NCBI GenBank assembly: GCA_964650085.1
Contig: CAZYSE010000003.1
Coordinates: 1,743 to 47,362 of the forward strand
Direction: 5' to 3'
Origin: an uncultured Candidatus Saccharibacteria bacterium
GTDB taxonomy: Bacteria; Patescibacteriota; Dojkabacteria; J137
Length of the DNA stretch: 45,620 nt
The notes under the pieces were generated by a model. The model saw only the letters and a list, made by a program, of their open reading frames with translations. It was not told the DNA's origin and searched no databases. Both the position numbers and the translations under genes were made by a program. Below are positions 1-9,733 of the stretch, one piece after another. Every line of letters starts with the position of its first letter. The stretch's first letter is position 1.

Positions 1-191
1 AGAATATTCTTCTGCATGGCTGAGATGAGCAAGTCAGCAATGTGCACAATATCACTGGTTGCATCGGATAATTCATATTCCTGAAAGCTAGTTTCCCAAC
101 CATTTGTCAATGCGACTGAACGGAGCGCTGTTAGGTCTAAAGCTTTTAATTGATTGATAAGGTTTAGTATATTCTCTATTGTTGGCTTCAT
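1..191 (-). CDS. hypothetical protein, N-terminal fragment (gene runs off the left edge)
   Basis: An ATG at 189-191 (minus), 19 nt downstream of the stop of the 211..639 gene, opens a frame. It reads MKPTIENILNLINQLKALDLTALRSVALTNGWETSFQEYELSDATSDIVHIADLLISAMQKNI... and stays open to position 1. Hand-translated; absent from the ORF track because it is truncated. Confidence 0.35.
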   Translation of the reverse strand, partial: MKPTIENILNLINQLKALDLTALRSVALTNGWETSFQEYELSDATSDIVHIADLLISAMQKNI

Positions 192-210
192 CTATGTTAT
201 TTAATATTTA

Positions 211-639
211 TTACTTTGCTTTATCATAAATTTCAGGGTCAACTTTTGCTACAAATCCCTTTGGAAGTAGTTTAAACTTTTCATGGATCTCCCAATACAA
301 CTTGTCCCATTTGGCTTTTGCATCAAAAGCCTTTTGCATATCCTCTACGTTATGTCCTGTTGGAGTGTAGTCAATACTCAAAGGTCTTGAAGAAATATAT
401 TTCTCAACCTCTTTAATAATTGCTTTAAGTTCTCGTAAGTGAAGTTTTTCTTCTCTTCTTAATTCGAACCAAATTACGTGCAAACGAATTTCATCTTCGT
501 CATAATAGCGTGTTCTTGAAATCTGTTCTCTAAACGCTTTGAGCTTGTTATCATTATCCCATCGAATAAGCGTTCTTATACTAACTTTTAAAAGTTTTGC
601 CGCTTCTGAAATTTTTATATATTTGCGTTGGCTACTCAT
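211..639 (-). CDS. MerR/excisionase-type helix-turn-helix DNA-binding protein
   Basis: The N-terminus YIKISEAAKLLKVSIRTLIRWDNDNKL is a typical MerR/HTH_17 motif. I prefer the second in-frame ATG (639, MSSQRK...) to the track start at 678. It is divergent from the HAD operon. Confidence 0.6.
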   Translation of the reverse strand: MSSQRKYIKISEAAKLLKVSIRTLIRWDNDNKLKAFREQISRTRYYDEDEIRLHVIWFELRREEKLHLRELKAIIKEVEKYISSRPLSIDYTPTGHNVEDMQKAFDAKAKWDKLYWEIHEKFKLLPKGFVAKVDPEIYDKAK

Positions 640-747
640 GATAACTTCATTGTACACCCTACAGACAATTAAGAGCAACTGTCATTGAGTAAGTTTAACA
701 TCGTCAAAATCTATTCAATTCCCAAAAAAAGCAATATAATCAACTCT

Positions 748-1350
748 ATGAACTATAAAGCCGTACTAATAGATTTTGATGGCGTTATTTGCAACAGCAA
801 GTATTTTCGTGAGGTCTATGCTGAAAAATTTGGTATGGATATTAACATTCTTACTCCATTTTTTGACAACCTAAAAGAGACTGTCGTTATTGGAAAAGGT
901 GACCTTAAAGATCAGTTAGCTGAAATCATAGATACTTGGGGTTGGAAAGGTACAGTAGACGAACTTCTAGAATTTTGGCTAACAGAAGATCCAGATATCG
1001 ATATTCGATTTATAGAAATTGCTCAAAAACTACAGGGCTTAGGTTTAAAGGTGTATCTAGCTACCGACCAGGAAAAGTACAGAGCGCAACACATTTGGGA
1101 AACGCGTGGGCTACAAAATTGGATGGATGGGAAATTTGTATCCTCCGAGATAGGCCATCATAAAGATAGAACCAATTTTTTTCACCATGTAATAAAAACG
1201 CTAGATTGTAAACCTGATCAAATTTTATTCTTTGACGATTCAGAGAAGAAGGTCTTATCTGCCAAAAGCGCAGGAGTTAAAGGATTTGTATTCAAAGACT
1301 TCGAACGGTTTGTGCACGACTTAAACAAAATTTTAAGTATAAATCTATGA
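748..1350 (+). CDS. HAD-superfamily hydrolase (phosphatase-like)
   Basis: HAD motif I is DFDGV (AVLIDFDGVICNS) and a late motif FFDDS is present. The track ORF starts at a TTG at 685; the ATG at 748 (MNYKAVLIDFDG) fits HAD N-termini. TATAAT at 735..740 sits just upstream. Confidence 0.7.
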   Translation: MNYKAVLIDFDGVICNSKYFREVYAEKFGMDINILTPFFDNLKETVVIGKGDLKDQLAEIIDTWGWKGTVDELLEFWLTEDPDIDIRFIEIAQKLQGLGLKVYLATDQEKYRAQHIWETRGLQNWMDGKFVSSEIGHHKDRTNFFHHVIKTLDCKPDQILFFDDSEKKVLSAKSAGVKGFVFKDFERFVHDLNKILSINL

Positions 1351-1679
1351 ATCCGAAGTACTCTTATCCTAAACAAACATCATTTGAAGACGAAAGTAAG
1401 CCAGTTAAGCTTCTTGAACTGTTCAACAAAGTTTTTGACGCTCTTGAGGGTAAACCTGTACAATTTACTAATTCAATTGGATACATCACACATGTCCGAT
1501 CTGGACACAGTGAACTAAACCCTGATGTTAAGATGTTGAGCTATTTTCGCGGAGGAATCTTTTCCATAATTCTTTATAATCCAAAGGAGGAGATGATTGC
1601 GGGTAGGTGGCATTACAATCTCGAGATGCCAGCAATTCAAATACAATCTACTCTCGAGAATATTGCTGAACACTTATGA
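1347..1679 (+). CDS. hypothetical protein
   Basis: 110-aa ORF with ATGA overlaps to both the upstream and downstream genes, suggesting translational coupling. No recognisable motif. Confidence 0.5.
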   Translation: MNPKYSYPKQTSFEDESKPVKLLELFNKVFDALEGKPVQFTNSIGYITHVRSGHSELNPDVKMLSYFRGGIFSIILYNPKEEMIAGRWHYNLEMPAIQIQSTLENIAEHL

Positions 1680-2116
1680 ACCACCTTGCAGTTTACTCTA
1701 AAAAGAGAAATGAAGATTACATAGATAGATTACTAAATGGTGAGGTAACCCTAGATATCAAATGGATGTATAACAAGGTCGCACCTTATCAAAAATTACA
1801 CAAGGAGGACATAATCTACATCAAAGAATCTAGCGGACCCGTTGTGGGTAGAGTACAGGTTGATTTTTTTGACTACATAGAAGTAATTGATCCTGAACAA
1901 ATCCATGATATTATGAAAACACATTTTGAAGAAATGGGATTTGAGGATGAAGCACAGTTGAAAAGATATGCGCAAAAAAAGTCTAATAAGAGATATGGAA
2001 CACTTATAAAGTTCAAAAACCCTATTAGATTTAAACATTCAGTTAAAATCCAAAAGCTTGATAGGAGAGTTTGGATAGCTGATTATATTTTACCTATAGA
2101 TTTACAAATACTTTAA
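1676..2116 (+). CDS. hypothetical protein (possibly ASCH/PUA-like fold)
   Basis: 146-aa ORF overlapping the previous gene by 4 nt. The by-eye resemblance to ASCH-type small beta-barrel proteins is weak. Confidence 0.5.
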   Translation: MNHLAVYSKKRNEDYIDRLLNGEVTLDIKWMYNKVAPYQKLHKEDIIYIKESSGPVVGRVQVDFFDYIEVIDPEQIHDIMKTHFEEMGFEDEAQLKRYAQKKSNKRYGTLIKFKNPIRFKHSVKIQKLDRRVWIADYILPIDLQIL

Positions 2117-2117
2117 T

Positions 2118-2405
2118 ATGAACCAGAATCCACAAAGCGAGCTATGGATGAAATTATTACCAGGTAATGGCGAAGGAGGACACATGTCTGGTTTATACTC
2201 GACTACTGACCAAATTATCGACCTGAGATGTAATAATAATGGCGGTTTCTGGATGCAGTATAAATACGGCCCGATATATTCAATCAGTGCAGAAGATTAT
2301 CACAAGATAGCAAAAGCTCTAAAAACCAGAACGCCTGCAGACATTATAGAAAGTATGATCTTGAAGATGGAACTAAACGAGGTAATGGTAAAAGAAGAAG
2401 CCTAA
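2118..2405 (+). CDS. hypothetical protein
   Basis: 95-aa ORF starting 1 nt after the previous stop; last gene of a four-gene plus-strand string. Confidence 0.45.
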   Translation: MNQNPQSELWMKLLPGNGEGGHMSGLYSTTDQIIDLRCNNNGGFWMQYKYGPIYSISAEDYHKIAKALKTRTPADIIESMILKMELNEVMVKEEA

Positions 2406-3037
2406 TTGTCTTCCTCAAGTTCTTCAAATGCTTCCCCGATTCTTCTTCGGAACAGAAAGAGTATGCTTGCAGTTACGACAACAATCTCTAGACCTATAAT
2501 AAAGTAGATCTCCACCTTACTTCGCACCACTGATTCGGTACAGTCTAATAATCTAGTAGATGACCCAAACTTACCTGCCGTACTTTGATATAGTGAATCC
2601 TGACTTTCAGCACTCAAAAAAATCCCTTCTTTTTCAAGAACAGAAGCTATGTCCACTGGTTGATTAAATTCCTCAACTAACTTGTCTAGAAGACTTCTTT
2701 TAGTTTGAGTTGCATCCCTACAATTTAACTCTACTTTGCTCTCTGGGTATTTATCTGAAATGATTAAGAAATCAAACACATATTCGTCTGTAGAAAACAT
2801 AGAATAAGTTATTCCATTGACAATGTCGTCAGTTTTGAAGATTGAGCTAGGTGTTAATGTAATGTCTACAAGATCACCTAAAGGGAAATCTAAAGTATAG
2901 TCACTTTGGCTTTCAATGGTTTGTTTGCCTACAGAAAGAAGTTGGATATTCTCAGAATTGAAAAACAAAATACCTACGATTGATAATCCTAAGACTACCC
3001 AAACAAATGCTAATGTATCTAGATATTTCCCTTTCAT
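2402..3037 (-). CDS. bitopic/two-TM membrane protein, unknown function
   Basis: Hydrophobic helices at the N-terminus (LAFVWVVLGLSIVGILFF) and C-terminus (IYFIIGLEIVVVTASILFLF). It starts 2 nt after the stop of the upstream 3040..5325 gene and is the last gene of the envelope operon. Confidence 0.55.
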   Translation of the reverse strand: MKGKYLDTLAFVWVVLGLSIVGILFFNSENIQLLSVGKQTIESQSDYTLDFPLGDLVDITLTPSSIFKTDDIVNGITYSMFSTDEYVFDFLIISDKYPESKVELNCRDATQTKRSLLDKLVEEFNQPVDIASVLEKEGIFLSAESQDSLYQSTAGKFGSSTRLLDCTESVVRSKVEIYFIIGLEIVVVTASILFLFRRRIGEAFEELEEDN

Positions 3038-3039
3038 TC

Positions 3040-5325
3040 TTAGTAGACTATTAACGCCATTCTATTGGCAAATGACCAGTAGTAATCAAAAGTTCCAACA
3101 TCGATCCAGAATGGTCCAAACCAAGGGTCATTTAAATAAAAACTTGTAGGTGCCTCTACTGGTCCTGTAAAACCTGTTACTACTCCACCGTGCATTCCAC
3201 TAAATGCATGAACATAAGTTCCATCGTCCGAGGTCCAAGAAATATTCGCTCCGCTACTAACACCATTGTATCTCCAAATTACAACAGGTCGACCTTGTTG
3301 CACTTCTCTAGCTAAATCAGAAACATTCCAGCCAACTCTAGGATCTGAAGATATTCCTCGTGCTGCGAAAATGTTTTGTATCGGTGGGTAATACACTCCA
3401 TAGCCCCAGCTACCATCAGCGTTTCCAACGTATTCAGCATATGGATTTCCCGTCCATGAATCTGAAACTCTATTTGCATCGTATCCAATTTCTGCAATTA
3501 AACCTGTAGCATCTGCGGAGAAACCCTTGTATGCTAACACCATCTTTGCGGTGTAAATGTTACAAGAGAAACTACCCGCAGGTTGATAGTAAATAGGCAT
3601 TGTAAACACATAAACATTAGATCTGGTTGTAAAACTGAATGATTCTGTAGTAGCACTTGGTAATCCGTGAATGGATTTTATACCTGCAGCTATTTGCACC
3701 GTATAAACAGTATTAAACGCCATAGGTTGCAAAACTGCATAGACCATTGTGTTCCCTTCCCATCTAAATACTCCAGGAACTCCAGGAGTGACAGTCAGCT
3801 TACTTTGAGCATCAGCTGTATCTACTGGTTGGTCAAAAGTAATTTTAATATCTGCATATTCACTTACATATGTAGAACCGTTTCTAGGTAAATGATCGAT
3901 CATTCCTACCTTACCTACAGTTTTGAAGTCATAGATAATTTCTTTATCTGTTACACCATCCATTTTGCTACGCATTCCACTTTCGAATTTGACTTTGTAA
4001 GGCGTATCTTTTGGAAGTGGAGCAACATTAACAAAATTTAGTGTTTTGTCATCGTCCCATTTAAATTCTCCTTCGATTGCTGGCTCAATAGTAACTTTTT
4101 CCTCTACACTTTCTTTGTTCATTTCTTCAGAAAATACGATTTTGATCTTCTCATCGGATCTCACGATGTTACCAGTAGGTGCAAATGTATCAATCAACGG
4201 CTCTTTAACAGTAGTAAATTTAAGATCTTTGACTTTAACAATATCGCTAGTTTCAACTATTTCTTTCGTAGCAATGTTTACACGTTTTGGTTGGTAGAAG
4301 ATTGTGACTGTGTACGCCTTACCTTGATCAAGTAATTCCTTTGGAGTAAGTTTCAAAACTTTATCAGGAGTAAATTCTAATTCGAAATCTACAACAGGCA
4401 CCGATTTGAAGCTCCACTCGACAAGATCACGACTTTCTCTATCTAGTTTTAAATAGATGCTGTCTTCACGCTTTACATTATCTGCGTTGTTTTCAGGAAA
4501 AGTAGATTCAATCAAAGGTAGTGGGGGAGCTACGAACGCAAAACCGTATTCGTGCTGAGTAGGGTCAGTAAATTTTTTAATACCAGAAATGTATAGTACG
4601 TAACGCTGGTTTGGATATGAAGAAATATCAATAATAAACTTTCCTTTTCTTGTAAGAGCTTTATTTCCCAGATATGGTTCCCATTCCCAATAACCTTCAA
4701 TTTCCGGAGTAATCGTAGGTTTAAGCGTTGAAACATCTACAGGAAGATTAAAGAACACTTCTATTGGTTCATCATAATCAGGTAATGCTTGAGCATATTT
4801 TGGATAATGGCTCTGTAGTTCTGGGTGTCTAAATACATAAGATCCCAAGAATAATCCAATGAAAGATAAAATCAAAATTACATTGAATAACGCAAACCTT
4901 TTCTTACTGAATCTCGATTCGTATAAACCAATAGTTATTTGAAACAGATTCCCAATCACAAAAAGTCCAAGTATTACAAGCATCGCCCCTGCATAAATAT
5001 TGAAGTCAACTTTACTTAAATAGTAAGTGATGTCCTCAGGTGCCGTTATATCCAAGTACAACCAGCAAATTAGGTAGGCAGCAATTGACTGTACTCCAAT
5101 TATTGCTAATATAATTTTGAGGGTTTGCTTGTTTATTCTAGAGTAGAATTTCTTCGGAAAATGAAGAATTCCTTGATGTGCTTTTAGAGCACCTTTTTCT
5201 GCTTTTGAAAATAGAAAAAATACTGGGTAAAAGGTTTTTGAAGCAACTTTCTTACCTTTTGATTTAAAAGGAGATGTTTTTACTTCCTTAACCGGATCTT
5301 TTTGGTTCTTTCCGTTAATCTCCAT
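3040..5325 (-). CDS. membrane protein with Ig-like repeat domains and a C-terminal C39-like cysteine peptidase domain
   Basis: The N-terminal region of about 170 aa has 3-4 TM helices. The middle has repeated beta-rich modules of SbsA-type Ig-like style (e.g. IKIVFSEEMNKESVEEKVTIEP, IKITFDQPVDTADAQSKLTVTPGV). The C-terminus (about 3043..3603), PIYYQPAGSFSCNIYTAKMVLAYKG...GRPVVIW...HGGVVTGF...NDPW, matches the Peptidase_C39_2 pattern. Confidence 0.7.
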   Translation of the reverse strand: MEINGKNQKDPVKEVKTSPFKSKGKKVASKTFYPVFFLFSKAEKGALKAHQGILHFPKKFYSRINKQTLKIILAIIGVQSIAAYLICWLYLDITAPEDITYYLSKVDFNIYAGAMLVILGLFVIGNLFQITIGLYESRFSKKRFALFNVILILSFIGLFLGSYVFRHPELQSHYPKYAQALPDYDEPIEVFFNLPVDVSTLKPTITPEIEGYWEWEPYLGNKALTRKGKFIIDISSYPNQRYVLYISGIKKFTDPTQHEYGFAFVAPPLPLIESTFPENNADNVKREDSIYLKLDRESRDLVEWSFKSVPVVDFELEFTPDKVLKLTPKELLDQGKAYTVTIFYQPKRVNIATKEIVETSDIVKVKDLKFTTVKEPLIDTFAPTGNIVRSDEKIKIVFSEEMNKESVEEKVTIEPAIEGEFKWDDDKTLNFVNVAPLPKDTPYKVKFESGMRSKMDGVTDKEIIYDFKTVGKVGMIDHLPRNGSTYVSEYADIKITFDQPVDTADAQSKLTVTPGVPGVFRWEGNTMVYAVLQPMAFNTVYTVQIAAGIKSIHGLPSATTESFSFTTRSNVYVFTMPIYYQPAGSFSCNIYTAKMVLAYKGFSADATGLIAEIGYDANRVSDSWTGNPYAEYVGNADGSWGYGVYYPPIQNIFAARGISSDPRVGWNVSDLAREVQQGRPVVIWRYNGVSSGANISWTSDDGTYVHAFSGMHGGVVTGFTGPVEAPTSFYLNDPWFGPFWIDVGTFDYYWSFANRMALIVY

Positions 5326-8281
5326 CTGTAAATGATACCTTATTCCAGTTATTATAGGTAGTTTCTAATGTAGAATACACTACAGGCCCTCTATCTTCTC
5401 TAAAAATAAAGTTACCTGTATAGTCGAACAAACCTCTGATTTTTGTACTATCAAACACTGGGAAGCCATGCGGGTGGCTCAAATATGTTAAGACTTGTGG
5501 TTTAGATAGTACGTCACCTTTTGTAGGATAATTTTGATTAAATCGAGAGAACAATTCGTCTAGAGGAAACCAATATGAGTCTGCTCCATTGTTAGGAAAT
5601 TCCCAAATATTTAGTCTTTCACCTGTCCAGGTATTAATATTGTTCCTACTAGGTAAAAACGGAGTTGTTGTCGCAGATAGATTCCATGGAATAATTGTAC
5701 TGCCTGTCCATGCTGGGTTCAGAACTCCTCCCGTTCTACCTGAAGAGTCGAGCACAAACCCTTTGTTTGAAAGCGCTTGCAAAAGTGCTATGCTAGTCAT
5801 CCAACCACCTGACCTAAACATAGTTGGTCTAGGTAAACCATGTTCAGCAAACTTATCTATACTCCATTGTAGTATTTTTTCATTTTCTGCTTGTGTGTAT
5901 GCATCTAAGGAGGTTTCGTCTCGATTGCTTCCAACAATTTGAGCTTCGGGTCGCTTGGTTACACCAACTTCTTCAAGTAAATCCGCATAGTAATGTAAAT
6001 GTAATCCAATTGCATCTCCTTGTCCTCTTCTTTGGTTCACTAAATTTACATAATATTGTGCGCTTGCAGGGTCGACAGAGTAAATCGAGTATTGATTTTT
6101 TACGAAGATTCTCGGATTGAAAAAATGTGTTACAGGTACTCCATACTTGGAAGAAATATCAAATATATCATTAGATTCGTATGCCCCTACACCCCAACCT
6201 TCCCAGTCCATAGTCCACGTTAAGTAAAGCGGATAACTAACATAGAAAGGTATTTTGTAAGTATTATATACGTTTATACTGTCTCTAAGTTCTATAGCCG
6301 TTGCCTCGACTGTATAGTAACCTGGATTTAAATTTGTAGTATCAATATCTGATGCATATGTAAGACCGTCTGCACTTGTCATTTCACCCTGAATATCTGT
6401 ATTTTCTACTTTGTAAATTATGTATTCTACATTTTTATTTTCGACTGGGACTTTAACACTGAAAGTAAGTCTTGGATTTTCAGGATAATCTTTTAGGAAC
6501 CACCTCTTATTAGTGCTTGCTTCGAAGGCATGTTGCGTTTTGTCGCCTAAATTTACATCGACAGCATTATCTATCCCGGCTTGATCTTGTGGTGCTGGAG
6601 ATAATTCTGAATAGTCGTTTCCGTAATAAATGAAGTACTGCAAATCACCAGGATTGTATTTAAACAACACAGCTGTTCTATCTGTGTTTGGATCTCTAAT
6701 AATTATTGGTACTTCTTTATAAGTTATTGCATCGTACTCCACAACTCTTATATCTTCGCCAGAGTGTTTCCTTAGACGGTTTTCTTGCACAACAGCCGAG
6801 TGATTCAAGGTTATTTTGGACCATCGTTGTGAAAGGAAAATTTGATCACTTGTGAGGTCTTCTACATTTACTTTTTGGTAGTATCTAAAATTGTCTTCGT
6901 ACCACTTTTCTGCAGAGCTGTTAATTACGAAACCACGCTCAACTTCATTTACGTTTACATTTAAGTCTTTACCACTTACGACTCTGTTGTCAGTGATGAC
7001 TAAGAAAAACGTTGCCCCAACTATGAACGCTAAGAGGAAAGGCAATACAATATTAACAAAGTAAAAATCTGTATTAAGATAGCCATCTAAAACGTAGTAA
7101 GCACCAATAATTTTTTCTTTTACAAAAATTATTAAAGTGGTGAGTGCAAGTACTCCAATGTAAAAGAATAAAACATACATGAATCTATCAAACCTCCACT
7201 CAACTTCTGCATATTGCGCATCCATGTAGTATTTGAAAACTAATAGTAGCGCAGTATGAATTACAAAGTAAGATAATGCGTTTTTACTAATAAACGTAAC
7301 TAATCCTCGAACACGATTGAATAGTGTTTCGATTCGTAAAACGGTAAAAAGCACTATTAAAGAAAGCGCTATGCTTAGTAGTACAAATCCGATTTGTGGT
7401 GGAAAACGATGACTGAATACAGAGTACCCAAAAAGAGTGTCCGGAATAACAAAATTTAGTAATACAGAAATTATTGTTAAACTTCCAACAAGGCCTAGTA
7501 ACATCATAAGTTGCTTTCTAAATGCTGCTTTAGATAATTCGGCTCGTTGAGATAGAAGCTTTCCAATAAATAGCCCTGTTAGGAATATAGGGAAGTATTG
7601 TAAAAAAGGAAATGTGTGAACGTTACCATGTCCAGAAAATAGTGCCTTAATTAGGTTTAACCTATCCTGCCCCAAATCAACTTGATATAGAATAGTTCCT
7701 ACAAAATACGAGATTGCTCCAGCAATTACTAGGATTCTGTAGTCTTTTAATAAAAATTTGTAAACTCTTCTAAAAAGTAACAAGCTTAAGCTAAACACTA
7801 CAAAAGTCACTAAGAATTCTGTGAATTCAGGGACTCTTAGTAGTAGAATTATTTGGAGAATATCAGTAACTATTGCTTCGCTGGTGTTTGTAGTAAAAGC
7901 TAGACCATAAGCAAACAATGAAAGAGCAGCAAGAACATAATACGCAAGTAAAATTTGAAGTGTTCTTTTCAAAGATTTTAATTGTCGGTGCCTAAGATTC
8001 CTTCTACTATTTGCTTCGAGAGAAATAGTTGTAAAGTAGCTGGTAGATCCGGAAACTAGCAAGAAAAGTGTGAAAGATATGGTTCCCCCAAATGCACCTA
8101 CTAGAAACGCAATCTGACTTGCTCCTTCTTTGTGGCTGAAAACAATTGCTACTACGTGAGTAACAATCATAAAGAGTACAGCTAAGGCACGAGTAATATC
8201 TATAGAAAATATACGTCTTGAATTTCCTTCTCTGATCTTTTCGATATTCCTTGTTGTTTTAAGTTTCAAAAATTTCTTCAT
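5315..8281 (-). CDS. fusion protein: multipass acyltransferase-like (DUF1624/acyltransferase_3-like) membrane domain, beta-rich middle region, C-terminal CE4-like polysaccharide deacetylase-like domain
   Basis: The N-terminal region of about 440 aa has about 10 TM helices and begins IDITRALAVLFMIVTHV, as in heparan-glucosaminide/acyltransferase-3-type proteins. The C-terminal part (about 5318..6214) has NodB-like motifs by eye: TWTMDWEG (TFDDG-like), HLHYY (HxxH-like) and MFRSGGW (RxPxG-like). It overlaps the next gene by 11 nt. Confidence 0.6.
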   Translation of the reverse strand: MKKFLKLKTTRNIEKIREGNSRRIFSIDITRALAVLFMIVTHVVAIVFSHKEGASQIAFLVGAFGGTISFTLFLLVSGSTSYFTTISLEANSRRNLRHRQLKSLKRTLQILLAYYVLAALSLFAYGLAFTTNTSEAIVTDILQIILLLRVPEFTEFLVTFVVFSLSLLLFRRVYKFLLKDYRILVIAGAISYFVGTILYQVDLGQDRLNLIKALFSGHGNVHTFPFLQYFPIFLTGLFIGKLLSQRAELSKAAFRKQLMMLLGLVGSLTIISVLLNFVIPDTLFGYSVFSHRFPPQIGFVLLSIALSLIVLFTVLRIETLFNRVRGLVTFISKNALSYFVIHTALLLVFKYYMDAQYAEVEWRFDRFMYVLFFYIGVLALTTLIIFVKEKIIGAYYVLDGYLNTDFYFVNIVLPFLLAFIVGATFFLVITDNRVVSGKDLNVNVNEVERGFVINSSAEKWYEDNFRYYQKVNVEDLTSDQIFLSQRWSKITLNHSAVVQENRLRKHSGEDIRVVEYDAITYKEVPIIIRDPNTDRTAVLFKYNPGDLQYFIYYGNDYSELSPAPQDQAGIDNAVDVNLGDKTQHAFEASTNKRWFLKDYPENPRLTFSVKVPVENKNVEYIIYKVENTDIQGEMTSADGLTYASDIDTTNLNPGYYTVEATAIELRDSINVYNTYKIPFYVSYPLYLTWTMDWEGWGVGAYESNDIFDISSKYGVPVTHFFNPRIFVKNQYSIYSVDPASAQYYVNLVNQRRGQGDAIGLHLHYYADLLEEVGVTKRPEAQIVGSNRDETSLDAYTQAENEKILQWSIDKFAEHGLPRPTMFRSGGWMTSIALLQALSNKGFVLDSSGRTGGVLNPAWTGSTIIPWNLSATTTPFLPSRNNINTWTGERLNIWEFPNNGADSYWFPLDELFSRFNQNYPTKGDVLSKPQVLTYLSHPHGFPVFDSTKIRGLFDYTGNFIFREDRGPVVYSTLETTYNNWNKVSFTDGD

Positions 8282-8284
8282 ATT

Positions 8285-9703
8285 TTAATTTTCATCTGGG
8301 ATTTTTGTAGCCCAATTTATCTTGTCATCAATACTCATTCCGAGAGCATACTCTGTGGCTGCTTGTAAAAATGGAAATAAGCAGTACAAAAAAATATTAA
8401 CCAATCCTAATGGCAAGAACAATAAAACCGTAATTATTATTGTTACTAAAGACATCTTACTATTTTCTAAGGTTAATTTGAACACCCAGGGGCTTCCGAT
8501 TATAAGCAGAACAAAGCTTATATATGAGAGTGAGCTTAACAAACCGGCTGTTGGGCTTAAAAAAAGAAAAAGAATAATAGCGGCTGGAAGTGCTTTCAAA
8601 AGAATTGTTACATCTAGGAAGTAAATAAGCTTAAGTGTTTTCGAAAACAAATTCATTTTAGCGCTTAGTATAGATTTAATTGCATCAGGGAAAACGATAA
8701 TACCCCAACCCCATCTATGGATTTGCTTGTATTGTTCAACATGGGTTGCTAAATAGTTTTCTGACTCGATACAATCAACGGAAATTGGAATGAAAAAGGA
8801 TCTGCATTCAAAGTCACCGTCAAAATATTTAAACGCCCGCCAGTATATTGGCGAATCGTCTATTGAAATGGAGGTGTCCCAGTAGTTAATTGCGACTAAT
8901 GTTTTAAGTGGGATAGTAAAGCAAGAAAACGTATATCGGTTTTGATTTTCCGTAAAAGCAGAAGACAATGTCCCAATGCTTATCCCAATAGATACAATTC
9001 TTATCGCAACAGGAACTCGGTTTATATTGTTGTCGAATTTGTAAATTCCAGTTTGGTAGAAAACATTTTTCCTCTTTGAATCTTTTAGCCATTCATAAGC
9101 TACTCTTGCAAAGTAATTCTTATGGAATACAGTATCCGCATCAGGTGATGTAACTAAGAAGTCTTCGATCTTCATATTTGAAGATTCCAGATATTCAACA
9201 GCTACTCTGACTGCATTTGTTCTATTAGCTGCAGCACCTGCAACTTCCATCTTGCCTAAATAGTGTTCGACTATCAATAACTTGTCCCCAATAGTTTTCT
9301 TGAAGTAACTCTCAAGCTGACTTTTTAATGTTACAAAATTCTCGTTAGCTTCTATGGATACTGAGACAAAAAGCTTGTTAATATCATAGTTTTGATTCAG
9401 AATTGAATCAATATTTCGCTTAACTATCGATACGTCTTCTTTGTTTACTGGAATAGCAATCAATTGGTATGGAAGGTCATTTTCAATCATACTAAGCCAG
9501 TTAACTTCAATTTCTTTTCGATATTGATTGTACCCACTAATAACACCGTAAAGAAGGTTAAACGATTTAAAAGTTCCGTAGAAGATGTATGTTGCAAAAA
9601 TCACATAGAAGAAATCCTGTCCCTGCGACAAAAATATGACTGGCAGAATTAGAATTGCAAAGTAAGAGGCAAATGGAAATATCTTAAGAAAATTTTCTTT
9701 CAT
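8285..9703 (-). CDS. membrane-embedded processive family-2 glycosyltransferase (cellulose/PNAG/hyaluronan-synthase-like)
   Basis: N-terminal TM helices are followed by a GT2 core: IAIPVNKEDVSIVKRNIDSILNQNY, the DxD-like SPDADTVF, and the Q-x-x-R-W motif QIHRWGWG. C-terminal TM helices follow. Confidence 0.75.
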   Translation of the reverse strand: MKENFLKIFPFASYFAILILPVIFLSQGQDFFYVIFATYIFYGTFKSFNLLYGVISGYNQYRKEIEVNWLSMIENDLPYQLIAIPVNKEDVSIVKRNIDSILNQNYDINKLFVSVSIEANENFVTLKSQLESYFKKTIGDKLLIVEHYLGKMEVAGAAANRTNAVRVAVEYLESSNMKIEDFLVTSPDADTVFHKNYFARVAYEWLKDSKRKNVFYQTGIYKFDNNINRVPVAIRIVSIGISIGTLSSAFTENQNRYTFSCFTIPLKTLVAINYWDTSISIDDSPIYWRAFKYFDGDFECRSFFIPISVDCIESENYLATHVEQYKQIHRWGWGIIVFPDAIKSILSAKMNLFSKTLKLIYFLDVTILLKALPAAIILFLFLSPTAGLLSSLSYISFVLLIIGSPWVFKLTLENSKMSLVTIIITVLLFLPLGLVNIFLYCLFPFLQAATEYALGMSIDDKINWATKIPDEN

Positions 9704-9733
9704 AACTAATTTTAGCGTATGAAAGGTAAAAAG

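Noticed and set aside
1347-1350. Alternative genetic code (UGA recoding, as in some candidate phyla).
   Set aside because: TGA clearly terminates well-delimited genes at ATGA overlaps (1347..1350, 1676..1679, 34475..34478). Conserved proteins translate full-length with the standard code.
5589-5942. The many other 60-120-aa track ORFs antisense to or nested in long conserved genes. Examples: 936..1163, 3312..4736 set, 5589..6120, 8322..8624, 12865..14686 set, 29793..30062, 30777..33665 set, 37409..37916 set, 42716..43072, 44226..44513.
   Set aside because: All overlap better-supported genes on the other strand or frame. They have biased, low-complexity translations and no motifs, so I treated them as spurious.
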